The notes under the pieces are model-generated. The model was not told the origin of the DNA. It did not search any database and worked only from the letters and a program-made list of their open reading frames with translations. Made by a program: the position numbers and the translations under genes. Positions 49,682 to 57,457 of a DNA stretch of 64,000 nucleotides are shown here, one piece after another; position 1 is the first letter of the stretch; each line of letters begins with the position of its first letter. The stretch lies in NCBI GenBank assembly GCA_002385705.1, contig DGDZ01000074.1:77677-141676 (forward strand). Reading direction: 5' to 3'. Origin of the DNA: Verrucomicrobia subdivision 3 bacterium UBA3939 (GTDB lineage: Bacteria; Verrucomicrobiota; Verrucomicrobiia; Limisphaerales; UBA3939).

Positions 49682-49719
49682 GGGACAATTCTGCGCGCAT
49701 ATGCGACAAGAATTGTCCC
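49682..49719. repeat. 38-bp palindromic element, copy 3
   Basis: GGGACAATTC-TGCGCGCATATGCGACAA-GAATTGTCCC; 59 nt after copy 2. Confidence 0.85.
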
Positions 49720-49753
49720 GGTTGTGGGGCGGTTTTATGGGCCTAATTGAGCA

Positions 49754-49781
49754 TTGACCTGCACCCGGGAATGGCTAGATT
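49754..49781 (+). promoter_or_regulatory. candidate sigma70-type promoter (TTGACC, 16 nt, TAGATT)
   Basis: TTGACC at 49754-49759 and TAGATT at 49776-49781. Would start a transcript near 49788, upstream of the uORF/attenuator. Confidence 0.4.
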
Positions 49782-49793
49782 CACGTCCGACTC

Positions 49794-49889
49794 ATGAAGC
49801 TGAACATCGCCCATCTGAATTGGCTGCCGGTAGATCCGGCGGCGATGCGCCTTTGGCGCGTAGCGGGCGGTGGGAGCACAGAGTCATAG
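49794..49889 (+). CDS. 31-codon upstream ORF in the EamA leader (candidate leader peptide)
   Basis: Translated by hand: MKLNIAHLNWLPVDPAAMRLWRVAGGGSTES*. Its GGC GGT GGG codons are the antiterminator strand. No obvious SD. Confidence 0.2.
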   Translation: MKLNIAHLNWLPVDPAAMRLWRVAGGGSTES

Positions 49890-49942
49890 GCCAGCAACAT
49901 TTTTTAAGAGCCCACCGCTGGATTACGGCGGTGGGTTTTTTT
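49866..49942 (+). promoter_or_regulatory. mutually exclusive antiterminator/terminator structure
   Basis: GGCGGTGGG occurs twice (49866-49874 and 49927-49935). Either copy can pair with CCCACCGC (49911-49918). Only the downstream pairing is followed by a T7 run. Confidence 0.5.
49911..49942 (+). terminator. rho-independent terminator 40 nt upstream of the EamA start
   Basis: Stem CCCACCGC / GCGGTGGG (8 GC-rich bp), 9-nt loop, T7 run at 49936-49942. Confidence 0.65.
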
Positions 49943-49981
49943 ATCTGCCTTTTATCTGCCGGCACGGACCGGCAATCGAAC

Positions 49982-50977
49982 ATGACAAAAGACGAACAAG
50001 TGGAACAAGCGCAGCCCGGGCGGGACGGGCCGCCCTTTGGCTGGGTCGTAGCCGCGTTTGCCGCCATTTACGTGATCTGGGGATCCACCTACCTGGGCAT
50101 CCGGTACGGTGTGGAGACGATTCCGCCCTTTCTCATGGCGGGGTCGCGGTTTCTGGTGGCGGGATTGATCCTCTATGCGTTCGCGTTCGTGCGTTCCGGC
50201 GAGAGGCCGTCGCTCCGGCAATGGCGCGTTGCCGCGGTGGCGGGAGCGCTGATGCTGCTTCTCGGCAACGGAGGCGTTACCTGGGCTGAGCAGGTGATTC
50301 CGTCCAGTGTGGCGGCGCTGCTGGTTGCCCTGACACCGCTCTGGATGGTGCTGATGGATTGGGCCCGCCCCCGGGGTGTGCGACCGTCCAACAGCGTGAT
50401 CCAGGGGCTGGTGGTTGGTTTCCTGGGCGTGGCCGTGCTCACGAGTGGACAGGGGCGCGGGCAGGGAACGTTCTACGCGTGGGGCGTGGCGGCGCTGATG
50501 CTGGCGTCGATGTGCTGGGCGTGGGGTTCGCTCTACACCCGGCACGCGGACAAGCCGAAATCCGCCCTGTTGTCCGTGGCGATGCAGATGATCACCGGCG
50601 GCGCGCTCCTGATGCTGGCCGGTGTACTCGCCGGAGAACTTCACTCCTTTTCATGGAGCCGGATCTCAACCGGTTCGGCGGTGGCGTGGCTGTACCTGAC
50701 GATTGCGGGTTCATTGATCGGTTTTCCCGCCTACGTGTGGCTGTTGCAGGTGAGCACGCCCGCCCGCGTGTCCACTTATGCCTATGTCAATCCGTTCATC
50801 GCCGTGCTGCTCGGGTGCACGATCGGTCGTGAGCCTCTTTCATCAAACCTTTTCATCGCCGGTGCCCTGATCATTGTTGCTGTCGCATTGATCGTGCGTG
50901 GCAGGTCAAAGCCGTCGCCGAAGGCGGACCTGGTGATCGCTGCCGGGGCGCGTTCGACGGAAGTCCCGGGCCGTTGA
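49982..50977 (+). CDS. EamA/DMT family transporter
   Basis: Ten-TM duplicated EamA layout with IWGSTYLGIRY near the N-terminus. Start set at MTKDEQ (49982); the tracked start 49754 runs through the leader. Confidence 0.85.
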   Translation: MTKDEQVEQAQPGRDGPPFGWVVAAFAAIYVIWGSTYLGIRYGVETIPPFLMAGSRFLVAGLILYAFAFVRSGERPSLRQWRVAAVAGALMLLLGNGGVTWAEQVIPSSVAALLVALTPLWMVLMDWARPRGVRPSNSVIQGLVVGFLGVAVLTSGQGRGQGTFYAWGVAALMLASMCWAWGSLYTRHADKPKSALLSVAMQMITGGALLMLAGVLAGELHSFSWSRISTGSAVAWLYLTIAGSLIGFPAYVWLLQVSTPARVSTYAYVNPFIAVLLGCTIGREPLSSNLFIAGALIIVAVALIVRGRSKPSPKADLVIAAGARSTEVPGR

Positions 50978-50978
50978 T

Positions 50979-52430
50979 ATGCGAGGGCATTTGACCAGAC
51001 GATTCCGATTGTGGCGTCGCGAAGCGCGTCCGACGCTGGCGCTCGCGTTTCCCATCATGGGCGGGATGCTCAGCCAGATGCTGATGGGGCTGGCTGACAC
51101 GATCATGGTGGGGCGGGTGGGCGTGGTTCCGCTGGCGGCCTGTTCGCTCGTCAATGCCGTGGCCCATCTGCCTTTGGTTTTCGGCTTCGGACTGCTGTCG
51201 GCGATAGCGGTGCTCACGGCGCAGGCGTACGGTGCGCGCCGGCCCGACGATGCGGCCCAGGTGCTTCGGCACGGACTGTTGATGTCGGTGCTGATGGGGC
51301 TGGCAGCGGCGCTGTCGCTGATTGGCGTCCGTCCGTGGCTGGCGGTCCTGCGGCAGCCGCCCGAGGTGGTTGAGGCGGCGGACACGTATCTCATTCTCTT
51401 TGCGGCTTCCATGTTTCCGGCGCTGGTGGCGCATGGGATGAAGCAGTTCAGCGAGGCGTTGAAACATCCCTGGGCGCCGACGGTGGTTCTGCTCGGCGGA
51501 GTCGGGTTGAACGTGCTGTTGAACTGGGTGTTGATCTACGGACATTGGGGCGCGCCGGCAATGGGGCTGGACGGAGCGGGCTGGGCAACGCTTCTGGCGC
51601 GAAGCGGGATGGCGCTGGCGATGCTGGGTTATGTGCTGGTTGCCGCGCCGTTGCGGGCCTACCGGCCGGCGCGCTGGAGCGGGCGCCTGGAATGGCAACG
51701 CCTCCGCGGTCTGCTGGCGCTCGGGGTTCCGGTCGCCTTGCAGCATTTGCTCGAGGTGAGCGCGTTCGTCTTCGCGGCGTTAATGATGGGCTGGATCGGT
51801 TCGGAGGCGATTGCCGCGCATCAGATTGCCATGACGTGCGCGGCCACAACATTCATGTTTCCGCTTGGGATCGGGATGGCGGTGTGCATCCGCGTCGGCC
51901 ACGCCTACGGCGCCGCGCAATTCTCCCGGATGCGGCGAATTGGTTTCGGGGGCGTCGGGATGGCCGCCGCGATCATGGCTGTCAGTGGGGTTCTCTTCAT
52001 GACAGCGGGGCGTCCCATTGCGGGACTGTTTATCACGGCACCCGAGGTGCTGAACCTGGCCGCGCAATTGCTGATTGTGGCTGCGATCTTTCAGATCGCC
52101 GACGGCGTGCAGGTTGTTGCGATATCCGCGCTGCGCGGGCTGAACGACGTGCGGCATCCGGCTGCGATTGCCGGGCTGGCGTATTGGGTGCTGGCACTGC
52201 CGGTGGGTTCCTTGCTGGCGTTCCGCTTCGGACTGGGCGCGATGGGGATCTGGATCGGGCTGGCTGCCGGGCTGGGCGTGGCGGCGGCAGGTTTGTCGTG
52301 GCGCTTTCACGCAAAGACCGGCTGGGCGGCGTGTCACTGGGTGCGCATGACAAACAAATGCTCGCCAAGCGCCGATCAAGATGGGACTCTGGCGCCGTTG
52401 TTGCCCGAGAAACCAGGCACACAAGCATGA
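50979..52430 (+). CDS. MATE family efflux transporter
   Basis: 12-TM MATE layout with PIMGGMLSQMLMGLADTIMVGRVG near the N-terminus. Starts 1 nt after the EamA stop. Confidence 0.85.
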   Translation: MRGHLTRRFRLWRREARPTLALAFPIMGGMLSQMLMGLADTIMVGRVGVVPLAACSLVNAVAHLPLVFGFGLLSAIAVLTAQAYGARRPDDAAQVLRHGLLMSVLMGLAAALSLIGVRPWLAVLRQPPEVVEAADTYLILFAASMFPALVAHGMKQFSEALKHPWAPTVVLLGGVGLNVLLNWVLIYGHWGAPAMGLDGAGWATLLARSGMALAMLGYVLVAAPLRAYRPARWSGRLEWQRLRGLLALGVPVALQHLLEVSAFVFAALMMGWIGSEAIAAHQIAMTCAATTFMFPLGIGMAVCIRVGHAYGAAQFSRMRRIGFGGVGMAAAIMAVSGVLFMTAGRPIAGLFITAPEVLNLAAQLLIVAAIFQIADGVQVVAISALRGLNDVRHPAAIAGLAYWVLALPVGSLLAFRFGLGAMGIWIGLAAGLGVAAAGLSWRFHAKTGWAACHWVRMTNKCSPSADQDGTLAPLLPEKPGTQA

Positions 52431-53599
52431 GCAGACTATTGAAGCCGACCAACCTTCTCCGGAACATCTGGCTGGTTGTCTGTTTGTTGCCGGGGATTCT
52501 TTCACTGCCGCTGACTGCCGCCGAGCCTTCGGTGAAGACACCGTCCACCTCCCACCGATGGTTGCTGGTGGTGGACACGTCGCGCGCGATGGAGCGCCGG
52601 AGCGAAGCGGTGCAGCAGATCGCGTCGAATCTTGTTGTCAGCGCGATGAACGGCCAGGCGCAACCGGGGGATACGCTCGGCGTCTGGACGTTCAACGAGG
52701 AGCTGCAGACGGGGCGTTTTCCGCTGCAGACGTTCACGTCCAACAACATCCCGGCGGCGCGCCGGCTGGCGGGCTTCCTTCGGGCGCAACCGCATGAGGG
52801 CAGCGGCCGGCTTCCCAATGTGATGCCCACCTTGATGCACCTGGTGCAGTCGTCCGACTTCATCACGGTCATCATCCTTTCCGACGGATCGTCGGAGATC
52901 GTCGGGACGCCTTTTGACGAGAAGATCAACGCGAGCTTTCGTTCGTGGCGGCGGGAACAGGCGAGAGGACAGATGCCCTTCGTCACGCTGCTGCGGGCGA
53001 GTCTGGGGAACGTAACGCAGTACGCGGTGAGCACGCCGCCGTTTCCGCTCGAGATGCCGCCGTTGCAGGAGGCGCTGGTGCAGGCCCGCAACGAGGCGGT
53101 CCGCGCCGTGGAACCTGTAAAGGCGCAGCCCCGGCCCACTCCACCGCCGCTCATCGTTTCCGGAAGAAAGCCTTCGACCAATGTGACGCAGGCCGTGCCT
53201 CAACCCGATCCACAGCCGCTCAAGGTCGTTGAATCAACGCCGACAAACTCTTTGCCTGAACGCCCGGCGGTTGCCGCGGCGCCCGCGCCTTCCGCGCAGA
53301 CCTCCGCTGTTGCTGCGGCCGAGACTCAGCCGAAGCCGGTGGAGCCGACTCCGCCTTCCGAACAAACGGTTGAAACATCGCCCGGCGTGACGCCCGTTGC
53401 CGCGCGGGCTTCCGCGCCTCAGCCCGGTGCGAACGCCGGTCCGGCTCCGTCCGCCGGCCGCATGAACAACGCAGTGCTGGCGGGAATTGTATTGACGGTG
53501 GCGCTGAGCGGAGTGGTTCTCATCCTTCTCATGCGGGGACGCCATTCAAGAAAACACGCGAGTCTCATCACGCGGTCGCTGGAGAATCGCCGCCAGTGA
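52427..53599 (+). CDS. secreted VWA-like domain protein with Pro-rich linker and C-terminal TM anchor
   Basis: Signal-like N-terminus; WLLVVDTSRAM (partial MIDAS DxS) and ITVIILSDGS strand pattern; Pro/Ala-rich segment; AVLAGIVLTVALSGVVLILLMRGRH anchor. ATGA overlap with the MATE stop. Confidence 0.5.
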   Translation: MSRLLKPTNLLRNIWLVVCLLPGILSLPLTAAEPSVKTPSTSHRWLLVVDTSRAMERRSEAVQQIASNLVVSAMNGQAQPGDTLGVWTFNEELQTGRFPLQTFTSNNIPAARRLAGFLRAQPHEGSGRLPNVMPTLMHLVQSSDFITVIILSDGSSEIVGTPFDEKINASFRSWRREQARGQMPFVTLLRASLGNVTQYAVSTPPFPLEMPPLQEALVQARNEAVRAVEPVKAQPRPTPPPLIVSGRKPSTNVTQAVPQPDPQPLKVVESTPTNSLPERPAVAAAPAPSAQTSAVAAAETQPKPVEPTPPSEQTVETSPGVTPVAARASAPQPGANAGPAPSAGRMNNAVLAGIVLTVALSGVVLILLMRGRHSRKHASLITRSLENRRQ

Positions 53600-53606
53600 G
53601 GGCGTG

Positions 53607-55211
53607 TCACGCGACGCGCAGCCAGACAGTCTTCAGGTAGGCGGGCTCGTCTCGCGAGATGGGAAAGTCCGGTGGTTGGGGAACATAATGTTCCTGTTGA
53701 ATCGCCCGTCGGCATGACGCCGCCGTGTGGCGAACAGTCGCCAGGAACTCTTCAGCATCCCAGCGCGCGGAATTGGTGGACGCGAACAGAACGCCGCCCG
53801 GCTTCAACACGCTCAATGCGGTGGCGATCAGTTTTCCGTAATCCTTCTCCGCCCGGAACCATCCGCTGCTCCGCGATTTTGAAAAGGTCGGCGGATCCAG
53901 GAGGACCAGGTCGAACGCGCGATTTTTCTTCGCAAACCTCCGAAGCCAGTCGAACACGTCGCCGTAAATGAAGTCGTGCTGCTCCGGATCCAGCCCGTTC
54001 AACCGGAAGTTGCGCCGGCCCCGGTCGAGGTGCTTCTTCGACAGATCGAGGCTTGTCGCGCGCCATCCGGCGGCGGCTGCGCACACCGAGAAGCTGCACG
54101 TGTAGGCAAAGGTGTTCAGCAGTTCTTGTGGTTTGCCCGGCGCTCCGGCCCGCAGATCGAAGCCCGCCGCCACGTGTCCGGTGAGCAGGCGCCGCCGATT
54201 GTCGCGTTGGTCGAGGAAGAGTCCGACGGAATATCCTTCATGAAAGCTTGCTTCATACCGGACGCCGTTCTCGCGCACGACGAACGAATCAGGGGCCGCC
54301 GTTCCCGTGAACAATTGCGGCGCCGCCTCTGAGGCAGACAGTCTTCTGACCTCCGTGGTCAGGATCTTGTGGTACACCGTGTGAGTTGGCCTGGCGGGCA
54401 GTGCAGCCGAGGCGAACTGTTTCAGCCATTCGCGCTGCTTTTCACCGGGCACCCGCTCCGCCTGCGATAACAGGAAGTCTCCAAACCGGTCCACGTACCA
54501 TTTCGGCCAACCGTCGCTCGCACCGTGGATCACCCGGAACGCGTCGGTCTCGTCAAAATCAATCAGGGCGCGCCTCAGTGCCCATGCCGTGTCGGCCGTG
54601 AAATCGACTTCGGCTTCGAACGTCATCGGCCGGCCGGTCGCGGGATGCTCGAAAGTGATCTTAGCGGCGTGGAGGCAGACACGGCCGAAGGCGGATCCGC
54701 CATACAGACGATCGCCGAGCACCGGCACTCCCGCGTCGGCGGCGTGAACGCGGACCTGGTGCGTTCGCCCGGTTACGGGTTCGGCTTCGATGCAGAACGC
54801 GGCCTGAGGGAGGTGTACCTGGCGAATGACGCGAAAGCGGGTCTCGGCGGGATCTCCGACGGATCCGCTGACATAGCGTTCGCGGGCGCGGCGGATGTTT
54901 GAGCGCGCGCGCCAGCTTTCGCGGGAGGGTTTGCGATCTGTGAGCAGCAGGTAGGTTTTCTTCACCGCGCGCCCGCTGAACCGGGCGGTCAACGAGCGAT
55001 TGGCGAGCGGTGTTTTTGAAAACACCAGCACGCCGCTGGTTTCCTTGTCGAGCCGATGAATGATGGCGAGATGCGACCAGCGCGGTTCTCGGTGTTTGAG
55101 CCAATCGTAGATTCCCTCGCCGGCGTAATGAGAGGGCGCGTGTGTGTTCATTCCCGCCGGTTTGTTGACGACCAACAGGTGCTCGTCTTCAAACAGGATG
55201 CAGGGCGTCAT
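53607..55211 (-). CDS. fusion protein: RluA-family pseudouridine synthase (N) plus RlmI/RlmK-type class I SAM methyltransferase (C)
   Basis: N-terminal half: LLVVNKPAGM, HRLDKETSGVLVFSKT (catalytic Asp), GRTHQVRVH. C-terminal half: FRVIHGASDGWPKWYVDRFGDFLL, LLNTFAYTCSFSVCAA (SAM motif I), LVLLDPPTFSKS (motif IV). One uninterrupted 534-codon frame. Confidence 0.8.
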   Translation of the reverse strand: MTPCILFEDEHLLVVNKPAGMNTHAPSHYAGEGIYDWLKHREPRWSHLAIIHRLDKETSGVLVFSKTPLANRSLTARFSGRAVKKTYLLLTDRKPSRESWRARSNIRRARERYVSGSVGDPAETRFRVIRQVHLPQAAFCIEAEPVTGRTHQVRVHAADAGVPVLGDRLYGGSAFGRVCLHAAKITFEHPATGRPMTFEAEVDFTADTAWALRRALIDFDETDAFRVIHGASDGWPKWYVDRFGDFLLSQAERVPGEKQREWLKQFASAALPARPTHTVYHKILTTEVRRLSASEAAPQLFTGTAAPDSFVVRENGVRYEASFHEGYSVGLFLDQRDNRRRLLTGHVAAGFDLRAGAPGKPQELLNTFAYTCSFSVCAAAAGWRATSLDLSKKHLDRGRRNFRLNGLDPEQHDFIYGDVFDWLRRFAKKNRAFDLVLLDPPTFSKSRSSGWFRAEKDYGKLIATALSVLKPGGVLFASTNSARWDAEEFLATVRHTAASCRRAIQQEHYVPQPPDFPISRDEPAYLKTVWLRVA

Positions 55212-55223
55212 GAACAGCGCGGG

Positions 55224-55913
55224 CTAGAAGAACTTCCACGCGTCGCCCTGCTTCCACACGACATAGACGCCGAGCAGGAAGTTGGTGATGGCGTGCGCGG
55301 TTATGGCGTCGCCGAGGCGATTCTTCCGCAACACCAGTCCCTGGTAGGCCATGCCGCAGAGGATGCCGGGAAGCCATTGAAAGTGCACCAGGCCGAACAC
55401 GATGGATACCACGATGAAGGCGGTGGGATGAAAACGGTTGAACGGCATCTCCGTGAAATTTGTCTGCACGCCGTAGCGATACAGGAACGAGCGATAGAAT
55501 ACCTCTTCGAGCGGCGGTACCACCAGCGTCATGCCCGCAATGCGGATACAGACCAGGGCCCACGCGGTTGAACTGCCTTCGCCAAACCGCGCGAACGGAT
55601 CCCAAACGCTCTCCGCGGTGTCCTCCCAGAACAGGTGGTTCTTGGGATAATACGGGTCGAGCCCGACCCAGATGACAAAGATGAGGATGCCGACGACCAC
55701 GGCCTCCCAGCTGAAGGCCCAGCGCATTTCCTTCACGAAGGGGCGCATTTCCCAGATCAGCCAGGCGCCGACGAACACCTTGGCGGCGTAGAGCCAGAAC
55801 TTCCAATCGCCGCCCATCAGCCCGCCCGCAGTGGTGATGATCAGAAAAACGAAGAACGGCGCGACGCGGGCATAAACCGGGGAGGACCGGATTTTCTCGC
55901 GGAATGAATTCAT
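55224..55913 (-). CDS. CPBP-family intramembrane glutamic endopeptidase (CAAX protease-related)
   Basis: PLEEVFYRSFLYRY (EExxxR), FGLVHFQW and HAITNFLLG motifs; 229 aa. Confidence 0.8.
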   Translation of the reverse strand: MNSFREKIRSSPVYARVAPFFVFLIITTAGGLMGGDWKFWLYAAKVFVGAWLIWEMRPFVKEMRWAFSWEAVVVGILIFVIWVGLDPYYPKNHLFWEDTAESVWDPFARFGEGSSTAWALVCIRIAGMTLVVPPLEEVFYRSFLYRYGVQTNFTEMPFNRFHPTAFIVVSIVFGLVHFQWLPGILCGMAYQGLVLRKNRLGDAITAHAITNFLLGVYVVWKQGDAWKFF

Positions 55914-55962
55914 CGGGCGCTCATCATCCTGATCCCGGGCGCCACGGCCAAGAAAAATTCTC

Positions 55963-56487
55963 CTATTCCAGCGTCAGGATGTGCGATTCGGTTTCGCCGA
56001 CGAGCGTCACCGTCGTCTCGGTAATGGAGGTTACGCGGAAGTTGGCCACGGTGTTTCCGATGAAGACCGTTTTGCCGTTCACGACCGCCGAAGGACGGGC
56101 GGGGTTGAAAAGGATGGCCTGCAATCGGGGGACGGGCGCAGGCGCTGGTTCGGCAACGGCGGCAACCTCATTCGTCGATTCCGCGGGGGGCGTGTTGGTG
56201 GCGACTTCCGCGACGGATGTTACGGGTTCGACCACTGCGGGCGTTACGGGAGCTGCGGCCTGGGGACTGGCGATGGGCTTTGCGGCGACCGGTTCGTTCG
56301 AACGCAGCATGAGGAACAGCACGCCGATCGCGCACACGACGGCGCCGCCGGCCGCCCACAGCAACAAAGGACTCCGGGGATTTCGGTCGGGTTCGACCGG
56401 GCGGAATTCGAGGTTGGGGTCCGGCGGCGGAGGGTTGGACTGTTGCACTGCCTTCGCGCGCCGCAAGGCATCATTGATGAGACTCAT
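55963..56487 (-). CDS. GspB/ExeB-like protein
   Basis: MSLINDALRRA N-terminus, single TM, Pro/Ala-rich spacer, C-terminal LQAILFNPARPSAVVNGKTVFIGNTV..FRVTSITETTVTL. ATGA overlap with the upstream ExeA-like gene. Confidence 0.6.
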   Translation of the reverse strand: MSLINDALRRAKAVQQSNPPPPDPNLEFRPVEPDRNPRSPLLLWAAGGAVVCAIGVLFLMLRSNEPVAAKPIASPQAAAPVTPAVVEPVTSVAEVATNTPPAESTNEVAAVAEPAPAPVPRLQAILFNPARPSAVVNGKTVFIGNTVANFRVTSITETTVTLVGETESHILTLE

Positions 56488-57299
56488 ACACCGACATCAC
56501 CTTCCAGTTCGCGGATTGCCGTTCCGATGACCCGGTAATCCAGTTCCGCGGTTTGGTTGACAAACCCGGCGAGCAGCGCCTTGTCGCAGACGGCGTTGAC
56601 CAGGCGGGGAATGCCGCCCGTGTAATGGTGGATGCGCCACAGAGCCGGTTTGGTGAATCGGGGAACGCCACGCGAACCCGAGACCTGCAGCCGGTGCTGG
56701 ATGTAGTCGTTGATCTCGGATTGCCTGAGTGGCGAAAGGTGGTAACGCACGGTGATGCGCTGTCGCAACTGGCGGAGGTTCGGGCTGTTCAATCGATCGC
56801 GAAGCTCGGGTTGCCCCATCAGCACGATCTGCAGCAGCTTGCGGTTGTCCGTCTCCAGGTTCGACAGCAGGCGCACCTGCTCGAGCAGTTCTTCCGTCAG
56901 GTTCTGCGCTTCGTCGATGATCAACACGGCGTCCTTGCCCTGCTCGACGTTCCAGAGCAGGAAATTGTTGATGGCGGCAACGGTGTCGAGGCGGTCCATG
57001 CCGCGCACGTCGAGCCCGAACTCGATGGCGATGGCCTTCATGAGTTCGTCGGCGTTCAACACCGGGTTCAGGATCAGCGCGGTGGAGTAGTTGTCGCCGA
57101 GTTGTTCCAGGAAGGCGCGGCAGAGCGTGGTCTTGCCGGCGCCGACTTCGCCGGTGAGCTGGACGAAGCCCTTGCGCTCGCGGATGCCGTACAGGAGGTG
57201 GTTGTAGGCCTCGCGATGCTTGGCGCTGTAGAACAGGAACCGCGGGTTCGGCGTGATGTCGAACGGCAGTTCGGTCAAGCCATAGTAGTCGAGATACAC
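56484..57299 (-). CDS. ExeA-family AAA ATPase (general secretion protein A / PEP-CTERM-locus ATPase-like)
   Basis: YLDYYGLTELPF...LTGEVGAGKTTLCRAF (Walker A), VLIIDEAQNL (Walker B). GTG start at 57299 chosen; the tracked ATG at 57377 adds 26 aa. Confidence 0.8.
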   Translation of the reverse strand: MYLDYYGLTELPFDITPNPRFLFYSAKHREAYNHLLYGIRERKGFVQLTGEVGAGKTTLCRAFLEQLGDNYSTALILNPVLNADELMKAIAIEFGLDVRGMDRLDTVAAINNFLLWNVEQGKDAVLIIDEAQNLTEELLEQVRLLSNLETDNRKLLQIVLMGQPELRDRLNSPNLRQLRQRITVRYHLSPLRQSEINDYIQHRLQVSGSRGVPRFTKPALWRIHHYTGGIPRLVNAVCDKALLAGFVNQTAELDYRVIGTAIRELEGDVGV

Positions 57300-57457
57300 G
57301 CCTTCCAGTGAGCAAGACGAATGCCCGGGCGCTCCCGTTCGGCACGCCGGCCCCGGGAGCGTCTGAACCCGATGCACCAGTGTGTAAATTGGTGACAGCT
57401 CCGGCAGGCTGCCGCTGAGAATCCCAACGGGATTTCCGGGCGAAAAGCCAGATTCCC

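Noticed and set aside
49788-49910. Attempt to assign the EamA leader to a known riboswitch class (guanidine-I/ykkC, purine, others)
   Set aside because: I found none of the conserved core strings I remember for those classes. It is reported only as an unclassified attenuator-like leader.
51545-52426. N-terminal 294 codons of the tracked 684-aa ORF 51545-53599
   Set aside because: This part overlaps the MATE gene in another frame and is Gly/Arg/Ala-rich. The credible protein starts at the ATG 52427, where the signal-like sequence begins and overlaps the MATE stop.
53655-53675. GGGAAAGTCCGG string resembling the RNase P RNA conserved GGAAAGUCCGG core
   Set aside because: It lies inside the well-supported methyltransferase-domain coding frame, with no surrounding RNase P-like structure. 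Coincidental.
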